Origin: Octopus vulgaris
Lineage: Eukaryota
Reading direction: 5' to 3'
Assembly: GCA_951406725.2 (NCBI GenBank)
Contig: OX597816.1
Coordinates: 131,006,001 to 131,070,000 of the forward strand
DNA: 64,000 nt
The number at the start of each line of letters is the position of its first letter. Position 1 is the first letter of the stretch. The notes under the pieces are model-generated. The model had not been told where the DNA came from and did no database searches. It saw nothing but the letters and a program-made list of their open reading frames with translations. The translations under genes were made by a program, and so were the position numbers. Of this stretch, positions 51,224-64,000 are shown piece by piece.

Positions 51224-51297
51224 TGTCATTATAGTACTCAGAGTTTCGAATGTCGGAACAAAGAGCTACGATGCATTCTCGTCGGCGATTAATGACA
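51224..51297 (-). ncRNA. Type-I hammerhead-like motif with long stems I and II (CCGACGA core)
   Basis: UGUCAUU-A-AUCG CCGACGA GAAUG-CA-UCG-uagcucuuuguuc-CGA-CAUUC GAAA CUC U GAG UA CUAU-AAUGACA; predicted cleavage after GUA, between 51235 and 51234. Confidence 0.75.
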
Positions 51298-51597
51298 ACA
51301 GACACTATAAAAACCGTTGAATAAAATGGTAGTTACTCTAATAGGTAGAAAAAGAAGAAAGATAAAGATTAAAAAATACACGCAAAGATTTTCTTACAAT
51401 ACATAGACATAAACCTCCTGCGTTCACAACGTCTGCATACGTACACACTCACACAAACATGTATACGTACATGCACATACACACACACAAACATATATGT
51501 GTATATACGTACTCATACATACGCACATATCCACACATATATCATATATATATATATATATATATATTATACTGTGAGTGTACATACATATATATAT

Positions 51598-52062
<465 letters not shown>

Positions 52063-52139
52063 CATACATAAGTTTTTGTCCAAGGACTGAGACAACGCTG
52101 GGTCAACTACGTTTACTTTGCTATACTTTCACGAAACCT

Positions 52140-52810
52140 CCTCTGATATTTGACATTTGGTGGATGAGAAAGTTTGATTTTGCTGCCCTCATCTGTGTCT
52201 CTTACCTAGAGGTTGGTTCATCCGAAACTGTTGACAGAAGGAGACCTAGTTTTGTTTTAAAAAATCCTACATCCACACCATGCAGGTCTCTCAGGCTTTG
52301 TAGGGGGATATTGAAGTGGTATTGGCCTTTGAAGCTCAAGCTATTGCAGTATCTGGTCCTATATCCTAAGGGCAATGTTGGGACCTTTGGTACCATGCAG
52401 AAGCACCCTGTCCTGTTGTTTGTGTAAGTGACAATGCCAAAGTTTGGAACAGGTTTTTGTAGATTTTCCAGATGTATATTATCACATATCTTACTCGCAT
52501 TCACTCCAGGGAGTAGAGTCAACTTTTTCAGTGTCTCCAAATAGCTGATATATTGCATTGTATCGATCTTCCCTGTGTAGCTTCTCTGGATCGTCTCGAG
52601 TTTCGTTGTTAATTTTACAGTCTCGGACACAGTTGGGAGCAGTAATCCAGACGGCTGAGAACGAAAGTCCTCCAAAGAACCGTCATGGGTCATGGTTACC
52701 TTTTCACTTGTTTTGAAAAGTTCGAAGGATCCACCCGTCCGAACAACTGCATTTTATTGCCAACTTAGTAATGTGCACATGTAAAGATGCATCATTACTC
52801 ATGTCATTTT
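52140..52810 (-). mobile_element. CR1-group LINE fragment, decayed
   Basis: LETIQRSYTGKI, YLETLKKL, VPNFGIVTYTNNRTG, FFKTKLGLLLSTVSDEP; homologous to 42057-42505. Confidence 0.8.
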
Positions 52811-53166
52811 GATTCAGGGATTGAAATCTCTCCTGGGTCAGTGAACGTTTCCGTACGAAACAACATATAGTAAGCAAAGATTTTTTTTTGAAGCATCGAA
52901 TGTGTTTCGTATTGACAAGAAAGTAATATTCCGAATGCCGTGAAAACAGCAGAAAGATTGAGTATTTTACCCTTATAAGACAGAAATAAGTTGGCCGCAG
53001 GCAACCACAGGACTCGAATTAGATCCCCTCTTATAACAGCTGAGTACTCTACTATTAAGCTAAACTGGCCGCTGACATCAATACCTACCAAATAAAACGC
53101 TAAATATCATAGCATTATTTTAATGCAACAACATATTGTAAACAAACTTATGCATATGTATATATA

Positions 53167-53549
53167 TCTCTCTCTATATAAACGGCAGTTTGTCTGTGCG
53201 TGTTTCTGTGTGTCTGTTTTCTCGTACCCTCACTCTGACCACGGCTTTCAACCGATTCTGATGAAACTTGACACACACATAGCCCAATGTCATAATTCAA
53301 AACTAACGCAGCGAAAATTTTGAAAAGTTCCCCCAGTTCTGAAAAATATCGATATATTCGACATGGGGTCGAGAATCAGAAACACAAACCGCAAACTGTC
53401 TAGGGGACACAAATCCACCTTTTTTAACTAAAAAAAAAATTTACCATAATTTTTTTCCATTTTTTTGCTATTTTTTGGCTATAACTCTCTAAAAATGCTT
53501 TATAGTTATTTCCCTTACAAACCCGAGCAACGCCGGGCGATACTGCTAG
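53167..53549 (+). mobile_element. Non-autonomous Helitron, short form
   Basis: A|TC start; 3' hairpin CCCGAGCAACGCCGGG then CTAG|T; inserted in (TA)n. Confidence 0.9.
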
Positions 53550-53617
53550 TATATATATATATACACACACACACACATATCTATATAGAGAGGGATAGTG
53601 TGTGACAGAGAAAGAGT

Positions 53618-53693
<76 letters not shown>

Positions 53694-54294
53694 TGTCTGT
53701 AAATGCCTGTGTGAGAATGTATTAAGTTTTATAACTGCGCTTGTTAAATGTATTAATTTGTTAAAGATTATGTAGAAATAATTAACTGGTATGACGTTGA
53801 AATATTAGATTACCTACGCAGTAATTTACATCGTAATTTACTAGTGGGTCTTTAAAGAATTGTGCACTAGCTAAACTGCATTTGACAGCCATGTACGATC
53901 CTACAAAATAGAACTGACGTTCATATGTTAGGAGAAACATAAAACATACAGTACATTCGGACGCTCTAGATTATAAAGAAACAGAAACAAATCAATCCAA
54001 CTTCATTCCATAATTTGTTAGTAATATTTTTCATAGCTTCTTTCACAATTATGAAAACAATTATATGTCGATGTTTGGGTACATTTTAATGAGTCATACC
54101 ACTTTAAAATATGCTTCCGTGTTACCTTTATGAAAGAACATGAACAATAACGTGAGATATTAGTGAAAACATTCTTGTTACACTCCACTTCTGACTCATA
54201 TGTCTCTCGAAGCATTTTACAGTGATGTCCTATAGATATCAATTAGAATTTATGTTTAACTGTTGTATCGGTACTTACTAATACTCATTAATAA

Positions 54295-54728
54295 TCCTGT
54301 CTACTATAGGCACAAGACCTGAAATTTGGGGGGGGGGTCAATTACATCGACCTCAGTACGCAACTGGTACTTAATTTATCGCTCCCGAAAGGATGAAATG
54401 CAAAATCGACCTCGGCGGAATTTGAACTCAGAACGTAGCTGCAGACGAAATACCTATTTCTTTACTACCCACAAGGGGCTAAACACAGAGAGGATAAACA
54501 AGGACAGACAAACGGATTAAGTCGATTATATCGACCCCAGTGCGTAACTGGTACTTATTTAATCGACCCCGAAAGGATGAAAGGCAAAGTCGACCTTGGC
54601 GGAATTTGAACTCAGAACGTAACGGCAGACGAAATACTTCTAAGCATTTCGCCCGGCGTGCTAACGTTTCTGCCAGCTCACCGTCTTTAACTGCGCTTGC
54701 TATTATTATTATTATCATTATTATTATT

Positions 54729-54804
<76 letters not shown>

Positions 54805-55205
54805 GTTTCAAATTGTGACACAAGGCCAGCAATTTCGGGAGCGGAAGTTCGTTGATTACATCGATCCCCAGTGCTCAGCTGGTACTTATTTTATCGACCT
54901 CGAAAGGATGAAAAACAAAGCCGACCTCGGTGGAATTTGAACTCAGAACATAAAGACGGACTGAATGCCGCTAAGTATTTCCCCAACTCGCCGTTAAAAT
55001 AATGAAAATAATAATAATCCTTTCTACGATAGGCGCAAGGCCTGAAATTTGGGGAGAAGGGGTTAGCCGATAATATATCGACCTCAGTACTCAACAGGTA
55101 CTTGTTTTATCAACACCCAAAACATGAAAGGCAAAGTCGACTTCGGACGAAATGCCGCTAAGTATTTTAGGCGGTGGGCTAACTGTTCAGCCAGCTAGCC
55201 GTCTA

Positions 55206-55286
<81 letters not shown>

Positions 55287-55479
55287 CGTTTCTAATTTTG
55301 GTACAAGACAAGCAATTTCGGGGGAGGGGTAAGTCGGTTACATCGACCCCAGTGTCCAAATGATATTTATTTTATCGACCTCGAAAAGAAGAAAAGTAAA
55401 GTTGATTTCGGTAGCATTTAAACTCACAATTTGAATTCGGACAAAATGCCCCGAAGCATTTTATCCGGAGTGCCAGCTA

Positions 55480-55480
<1 letters not shown>
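54295..55480 (-). mobile_element. Cluster of five family A SINE units separated by (TAA)n
   Basis: Reverse-complement cores at about 54390, 54570, 54900, 55125 and 55385. Confidence 0.85.
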
Positions 55481-55553
<73 letters not shown>

Positions 55554-55574
55554 CAGGAGGAGGAGGAGGAGGTT

Positions 55575-57365
55575 TTCTTTATTAACCACTAATGGTTCAC
55601 AATAGATCCAGAACGTTAGAGGACCATACGATGTAAGTTACATAAGCGCGTGTAAAAAGTAAAATTACAGAAACAAAGAAACAAAAAATCCAAAGGAGAA
55701 ATAATTCCCCAAAATGGAGGAGACCTCCGAGGCTGCTCATGGAAATCCAACAAAACCACAGTCACCCACACCACTAGGGCAAGTACCCTCTGAGAGCAAG
55801 CCCGTTCACCCGAACAATCCTTGCCATCTTCATTCACCTTTCAACAAATTTGCTGGGAAGCAGCGCTTCCCTCTCTACTCTCACTTCCTTTCTTAAATGA
55901 AACTGGAAAAAAGTTTATGAAAGCTTTGTCAGAGAGGAAAGAGTATTTCTTCAATCCTTTCAGTCTTGTCTATCACACAACCTCTTTAGCCAAAGCCATA
56001 AGGCACACTAAGACTGTCTGTCCCTTCCGGCCAAAGGAAGCGGTGGGATTCAGCAGATAGCCAGATCCCGCATACACACGACAAGTGATCGATGTGACTC
56101 CACAAGTCATCAATGTTCGGGTATGGACGAATACGAGCAGAAGTTTCGCTGCTCTGTGTGCATTTCTGGCAGTCTCGGAACAGCAGGCACTTAAGTTTGT
56201 TGAGATGTGAACTGAGGCAAGACACTACGGTAAGGTAGTAATATATGAGGTGATATAAATGCTCACCACATCTGCGTGACCTTTCAGGAATAACTCCCAC
56301 TCGATGCATTTCAGGATCAGATCGGCCACTCTGCTGGCCGTATTGACCCAGTTCTTCTCCAGACCAAACCATACCTCAAGCGATTTAACTCATTTGTCCG
56401 TCCAACGTTTTACAATGCCGTTGGATAGCATGGATATGCCTCTGCATGTGTCGAGCAGCAGACCCCACACCTAAATTTTCCTGTTTGGTTTTTCATGTCG
56501 CCACCTCATAGTCCCTTAGAGCAGTGCCGATCAGATCTCTGTGGATGGTATCCGACACTATGACAAGGAGTCACCTGCGTATGCCGACACGGAGCTTCCG
56601 CATACTAATTCGCACGGGAAGCCCCTCGACGACTCTAGTTTCTGAAGTAGTGGCTCAAGAGTCAGTACATACAGAAGAAACGAAAAGTAACAATTTTGAC
56701 GGACTGAGCGTTTGATGCTGAATGGTTCCGATAGATGGACGTTCACCATAACTACTGAACAGATGGTGTACACTGCAGCGATCCGATTGTGGGAGACAGG
56801 GGTACAACCACCAAGTGTTAGTGGTCGAACTTATCGAAAACTTTCAATTGATCTAAGTTGATCAGAGCACCACTCATGCTAGGTTACTTAACCACCCTAT
56901 GAGGTATCAAACGAGATGGCGGTCGTCGTGAATAGATCTGCTCGGAATGGCTCGTGTTTGCGCATCACTAATTAGACCATCGACGACTAGCGCCTCTTTG
57001 CTATCGCTTTAGCCAAAAGTATTAGTGTTACTCGACTCTCAGAACTGGGAATTCTCCCGTTCTGTTGCCACATGCAATATATATCTGCCAAGAGGTCTCA
57101 AGCAACTCTGGTATATAAAAGTATAGCTCGTAGAGCAAGATCATCCAAATCACGTGACTTGCTCTCCGCGCAGCCAAGCATTACTTCCTGTATTTCCTCA
57201 ATTGTTGTGGGATTTCTGCAACATTCTGCTTCTCTAGCTGAAATACGCGGGAGGCCGTCGAAGTAGGTACTGAAATCAATCTTGCACTACGGCCCGCCAT
57301 TCGTACCGAAGTCGACTGAAAAACTGCTGGAAAACTGTGCACATCTGCTTGGAGTCGAGTCACAA
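55575..57365 (-). mobile_element. Decayed L1/Tx1-clade LINE (RT and 3' end)
   Basis: GALINLDQLKVFDKFDH (LDQxKAFDRVxH), VNVHLSEPFSIKRSVRQNCYFSFLLYVLTLEPLL (RQGCPLSP), SAYAGD (YADD), CQKC..ET knuckle remnant; AATAAA near the 3' end. Confidence 0.8.
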
Positions 57366-57482
57366 ATCGAAGACAACATGACAGTCCACTATATATGTGT
57401 ATGTGGTGTGTGCATGTGTGAGTGTATGTTTGTGTCTGTAAATGTGTAGGTAGAGGGAGAGAGGAAATGAGCAGATAAACAA

Positions 57483-57518
<36 letters not shown>

Positions 57519-57541
57519 CGATATAGATAGATATATTTGTA

Positions 57542-57596
<55 letters not shown>

Positions 57597-57605
57597 TGCT
57601 ACTGG

Positions 57606-57668
<63 letters not shown>

Positions 57669-57773
57669 CATATATATATATATACATACATATATATATA
57701 TACATATATATACATATATATACATATATATATACATATATATATATGTGTGTGTGCGTGTGCGTGTGTGTGT

Positions 57774-58078
57774 GGAGGTGCAATGGCCCAGTGGTTAGGG
57801 CAGCGGACTCGCTGTCGGAGGATCGTGGTTTCGATTCCCAGACCGGGCGTTGTGTGTGTTTATTGAGCGAAAACACCTAGAAGTTCCATGAGACTCCGGC
57901 AGGGGGTGGTGATCCCTGCTGTACTATTTCACCACTCTTTCTCTCACTCTTTCTTCTGTTGGCCTGCTCGCTTAGCCAGCGTGGTGGCGTCGTTCGAAGG
58001 ATAAAACAATGCGAATGTATTGTGACCAGCGATGTGTAGCAACATCTGATGGTCTGGTCGGTCACGTGATCACGTGAT
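57774..58078 (+). mobile_element. tRNA-derived SINE family C, full length
   Basis: ggaggtgcaatggcccagtggttagggcagcggactcg..ggtttcgattcccagaccggg; tail (cacgtgat)2 then (TA)n. Confidence 0.9.
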
Positions 58079-58594
58079 ATATATATATATATATATGTAT
58101 GTATATATGCATACAAACACACACATACGTATATGTATACACACACACGTACACACACACACCACAGACACTCGTACGCACGCGCATACAGACGCTTAAA
58201 CACTTGTCTTTATTCACGAAACTAGTTAAATAAGCTATTCGGTTGCTGCTTTTCCATTGTCCTTTTTCTTTGGTTACTTAAAATTACTTTGGAAAGTGTG
58301 AACTCAATTGGATATCCTCTGAAAATAGGGCTTTTAAGCAGACGTTTATCAACTCAAGACGTCTAGAGTAGTGGAGTTCCTGAGTGACCAAGTTAAATGA
58401 TTGACCTTATCGTGAAGCAAATCATTCGAACCATATTTTTTTTTACAGAGCGTTGTCGTGGACATTTTAACTTTTGACTTACATATTTAGTTTTTAGAGT
58501 GATTTGTTTATGCATATATATAATATATATATATGTGTGTGTGTGTGTGTATGTATATATATGTATATATATATATATACACATACATGTATAA

Positions 58595-58657
<63 letters not shown>

Positions 58658-58716
58658 GGTCCCGGGTTGATTCGGGGTTAACCACAGTAAATAAGGTACT
58701 CAATACATAGCAGAGT

Positions 58717-58766
<50 letters not shown>

Positions 58767-61700
58767 TATACATATATGTATGTATAAGTTTGTATATATA
58801 TATGTATGTATGTGTGTATGTGTATATATATATATATATATATGACATGTTTGTTCTTTCGTTTTTTATTGTTGTATTCTATATATGTATATGTTTGTTT
58901 GCGCATTTTATGTGTTGGATTGTAGTATGTATTTATATCCATAACATCCTCTTTCCAACCACACTAGCAACATCAGCGCCGATAAAAGTTCATTGTATTC
59001 ATGGTAAAGGTGTTGCTTTGTCAAGTTTTAGATAAATATTTACAGCCATCAAACAATCAAATTCCATATACATTCGTATTTAAGCGCGTCTATGCAAAAG
59101 AACGTGTGTGTGTGTCTATGCCTGTGTATACTGTATTACCCATCGTTATATATATACACATACATGGGACGCCCGCAATTAAACCGGCGCTTGCTTTGAA
59201 ATGCATACACGCATATAGTGATACAGACAGACCAGCACAGAATGAGAGGGTGAAAAGGAAAATCTAAGATGTGGAGGGAAAAACAATCTCTTTAATTCCG
59301 ACAGCACAGACACAACGTTTACATTAAGTGCATGGTAGGGGATGTCGTGAAATGTTGTTTGGTGAAAAACCCATCAAGATGACGGATGATAATAGAAGCT
59401 CTCTGAAAATGCATATCGTCAGAGGTATTTGATTTTTAGCCACGGATGAAGCAATCTCATCTAATCCAGTAACTGATTCATTCTTAAGTGTCATCGGTCT
59501 GTTTCCTTCCATGCTTTCAGCAAATGAAAGAGACACTGAGGTGAGAGGGAGGAAAAGTAAGAGAGAGAGAGGGAGAGAAGTGACTGAAAGAGAGCAAACA
59601 ATGATGTGAGTAGGAATATGGGGATGGTGGGAGAAGAGAGAAAAGATAGAAAGAAAGAAAAAAGAAAAAAGATGGCAGAAAACAATGGTTTCTTTTTCCA
59701 CTCCTCTAAACAACTTAAATGAATGCCTCAGTATCCCTCCCTCTATTTCAATAATCCTGTATATTCCTTATGTCATGTTGCTGTTATTGATGGTGATGTT
59801 TGCTCGTATCATGTCTTTGTCGTTTGCTAATGCTGTTGTCGTTATTGCTGACAACTGGTGACGAGGGTAGCAACGCTGGCAGTGTAAACTGCGGAGAGGA
59901 TGAGATAAAAATTGGAGCATTAAAGAGAAAATAATGTAGATGTCGATCAAATAAAAAAGACAGTCATAAGCTATCTTTTAGGTCATGCAATAATGTCTAC
60001 CGACACAATTACTCACTTCACCTTACACCTATGACGATTTGATCGTCTGCTTTTGGGGTGAAAAAATCGACAAATATCACGTATTAAGAAGAAAAGATAT
60101 CTTTCTTCAGCTGTTTCTTAGTAAACCAATACTCATGTAATGTAATGGGGCCTTAATTTTGACAATGTTTCAATGATAATTAGAATGTAAAATTTCTGTC
60201 AAATAATCTTTGTTTATCGTAATTAACAATCATGAAGTTCTTCAACTCCTTTACTTCTCTCATCCTCCCTACCGTGTCTCATGTTCCAAACTCCACTCAA
60301 ATTACTTCACTCAATTCTTTCTCCTTCCTTTTTAAAAGTGCAGCCCTCTGGAACACTCAGTGCAAGTTTCCACCCACACCCTACAGACTTCAACCTACAA
60401 AAATTCAAAAATGACACCACCAAACTGGGAGAGTTTGCAAAGATAATGGACCCAGGTCCTCCGCCTCGAGATAAATGATAAATAAATGATACCTGCGTTT
60501 CCTGCCAGGACAGTCGTACAGTAGTGAGTCAACGGGCTTATATATCTGTATAAATAAAAATCTGTATATCGTTGTGTCTTTTATTTTATATGCATGCAAA
60601 TTTGTGTTCTGATAAGTGTGTACGGTAAAGCTACAGTAAACAAGATAACTATCTACTTCTGATGAAACTTGAGTTCTTGTTATTGATGCTGTTGATGTTT
60701 TTGTTGGTGGTGTTTTGGTGGTGTTTTTGTTGTTACTGTTGTTATTTAGATCGTCCCTGATCGTGCAAACCTATCATAGTTTCCCAGCCGTCATCATTCT
60801 GCCTACTTTTCCATATTGCTCAATATGTCCTACTCTTTTTAAAACGGTGAGGTGACATTCGAATGAGACTCGGCTGCTTATTTTCACCAGATTAGGCATC
60901 CCCGTTACCTAGTATAAATCACGAGTTTTCTGTGAGTTTGGTTCTCATTCCGAAGACGGCTTCTCGTTATATAAACGATATCTGCTTTGGGTGAATGTAC
61001 GTGTGTGTGTGCGTGCGTATGAATGTGTGTGTGTGAGTGTACGTGCGCATGTGTGTGTGCGCGCGCGCGTGAGTATGATTGTGCACACGCATACATATGT
61101 TCGTGGATGTGCGTACATTCGAGCTTATGGTGGAGCATGCGGAAAGATGGGTTCCGCGTTATCCACAAAGAAAATTAATTTCGAATGGCAGCGATCAAAT
61201 TTATTTCAAGTAACTAGGTGTGGAAGAATGCAAATAATCTTGACACTGGGTTTCAGTTTTCGTATCATATTGCCATGATGAAAACTTATATGTCGATGCG
61301 AATGTCTTATGTTGGTATATAAAAGTCAATGTATGTATGTATAAGTCAGGTCACTCTTAATGTTACTGGTAAGCTCGAACAACCTGTCGCATGGTCAAGC
61401 CGTCGGCATCTAAACCAGCAACCTCACCAAACCTGTTTGCTTCCATTGGACACCCAGCAGGACGAAAAAAAAACCCCACCAAACGACAGGTAAACTCAGA
61501 AGAGTCGATGACCAACCAACAGTTGCGAGTGAGAGATTCGTAATCTTTTGTTTCGATATCTCTCTAAGAGAAGGAAATTCCGAAATATTGCGAAGCCGGA
61601 GATCATCCTCTCGCTTATTTCTGGACTACTGGGCTTTGTAGGCGACAGTCTTGGCGATTATTGACTTTAAATTTCAGCACGGACATTGCTTACAGCCATT

Positions 61701-62476
61701 GACTTTAACAGCTAAGATAAGATAATTTGTCAGTGATGGTCATACTCGTCTACGAGTTGACAGCTACCATGTATATGTTTGTATCTATGATTTTTCTTTG
61801 AGTTTTTTAAAGTTCTTCTTGAGAGAGTTCAAGCCGGTCACCGTATGTATGTATGTACCCTACATTGTTACACCTAAATAATTGATTTTTTTATAGAATT
61901 CACCTTTTATAGAAGAAGATTCTAGGTAAAGTGACTAATAATTTTGTTTGGCACATTTTATGAATCTCAATTTGAACTATGCTATTTGATGACATAAAAT
62001 GAGCGCGGGCAATTAGATTCTCCCAAGTTTCAGCTGCGCATATCCAGGGAAATTAGTTTTTAGTGCATTAAAATACATAACGTTTATAGCATCTTCGCGT
62101 ATAGGACCCAGGAAAATTTGTGAGGGAAAACAAGTACGTCTTAGCTGCATCAAAAGTTGATATCTTCTAAGTTGTTTGGTTGTTACAAATCTGAGTAAAT
62201 CGACATTCCCAGATCTAATGGAGATTATCAACAGCTTTTCCAAGCAATTTATCCAAATAAGCAATTGTGTTTGTTTTAAGTATCAATAAACCCGGGCAAG
62301 TATCCATCAACCGTTATTCTAATATATTAATTGCATTATAGAAGATTAATGTGAAGAATTCCTATACTTGATACGTAGCAAAATTACGTGGGAGATGCCT
62401 ACCTTATAACAAGAGCCTTCACTCGGTATGCAAGAAACAGCAGTTAACTCTTTATTACTAACACCGAACAATCTTT

Positions 62477-62966
62477 GGCGATGTTTCGCTTGTCGTAGCA
62501 CACGTTTCCGTCGATTTCCTCCGTCGATTGTCGATTTCCTCCGTCGATTTCCGTAAAAAATGTAAACACTGAATCGGCCATACATACATACATACATACA
62601 CACATACATACACACACATACATACTTACACACACAAACACACATACATAGATACATACACACACACACACATACATGCAGACATACATATACACATACA
62701 CCGAGTAAAAGATTTCAGTTATCTCTCTCTTTCACACATTACTCTCTCTGTCTCTTCGCACACACTAACAGAAGCACTTCACTTACACAACATACTGTCT
62801 GTCTCCCACACCCCATCAAACACACACACGGGGACTTCAAAGAGAAATTTCCTCGTCATAAAATCGCTTCCTCTTAGTCTCTTTCGCTCTCATTACTTAT
62901 GTAAAAAAATAAAAGTTTTTTACGGAAATCGACGGAAACTTGTGCTACGACAAGCGAAACATCGCC
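62477..62966. mobile_element. MITE with GG-starting TIRs and 8-bp TSD (Merlin-like)
   Basis: TIR ggcgatgtttcgcttgtcgtagcaca.gtttccgtcgatttcc with inverted copy ending catcgcc; TSD caatcttt at 62469-62476 and 62967-62974. Confidence 0.85.
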
Positions 62967-64000
62967 CAATCTTTTTTTAAAGGAGGACACCGTTCCTGAA
63001 AATAAAATGGGATGGTTATGGTTGAATTATTTTTTATCACAAGTCAAGTCAGTCTGATTAACATGAGACAATAACCAACTGCTATGAGTGAATCTCATAG
63101 CAGATGGCTATTGTTAAAAAAAGAAACAAAAGTAGTTCTTGTATAGTATGGCAGCCTGCACTTAGCCATATGCTTTTCATGCAGAAGGCATCCTTAGAAA
63201 ATGTCCTAATGCTATTGTTTTAATTTGCTTAATCAGTGTACTTTCTTTACACAAAAGGTACTTCCTTTAGTCACTGAGATCTTGGTAGATACTGAATAGA
63301 CGAAATCTATAAGACCGAATATGCCCGGAGTTATTCTGGCGGATACCAATATTTCAATTTCAGTTTAATTTCAAAGAAAATATTTATGTAGCACACAGTG
63401 TAATTAAGAATACCTGAAATATGTATAATGCCCATAACTTTACAATTATATAAAAAACATTATATTTGTTCTCTTAACGAAACAAAGATATTTGGGAATT
63501 TATAGATTTGAAATAATTGTCCCTTATCAGAAAAGATGTACCACTATTTTTGAGCTAGCCATAACATTTAGAATCTAACTCTCAGTGATTGACATTTTCG
63601 AGAGTTATCACCCATACCTCACGGAATTAATTTTCACTAACACAAAATAATTTTTTTCATTACTGTCGCACTTAGCTATATTCATATTATTATATATATT
63701 AATGTTTCTGTAGCGTCATAAATGTTCAACTTTTCTAGTTTCCTTAAGAAATTATTCATTATTGAACTTAGGAGTTTTGTCATAATTATTATATCGCAGT
63801 CCTATATACTGTTACCAAGCAAAATGCACAATTAGCAGTGATGCTATTACTAGAAAAGGCAGCAAAATCTTCCTCAGATTGCAGCCAGCCCTGTTTCTTT
63901 TTTAAGGCAATATTGGATGCAGTTGCCCTCTGCTTGAAAAAAATTGTTTAAATGATTACCACTAAAAGCTGTTTGATTATAAGTATTTTCCATTAAAACT

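Noticed and set aside
57774-57850. tRNA gene
   Set aside because: A and B boxes are present, but the sequence continues into a SINE body shared with 26891-27187 and has no proper cloverleaf end. The same applies to 13678.

Overview
AT-rich eukaryotic DNA saturated with microsatellites ((TA)n, (CA)n, (TACA)n, (TAA)n, (CT)n) and transposable elements. The repeat families point to a coleoid cephalopod, probably Octopus (inference). I recognise no host protein-coding gene, tRNA, rRNA or CRISPR array, and most listed ORFs are microsatellite read-throughs. Non-LTR retrotransposons: a young 5'-truncated RTE, two Dong/R4, two CR1-group pieces, a decayed L1/Tx1 and a CRE-like C-terminus. There are four tRNA-derived SINE families, some in tandem dimers and trimers. 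DNA transposons: three mariner remnants (one a fold-back of two 5' ends), pogo-, piggyBac- and Merlin-like MITEs, a Sola-like relic, two non-autonomous Helitrons and an STPR-repeat segment. The most notable signal is eight minimal type-I hammerhead-ribozyme-like motifs in short, ORF-less, microsatellite-flanked repeats resembling Penelope pLTRs. They show compensatory stem variation. Six carry, or are one change from, a non-canonical CCGANGA core, and two form a head-to-head inverted pair. Boundaries of decayed elements are approximate.
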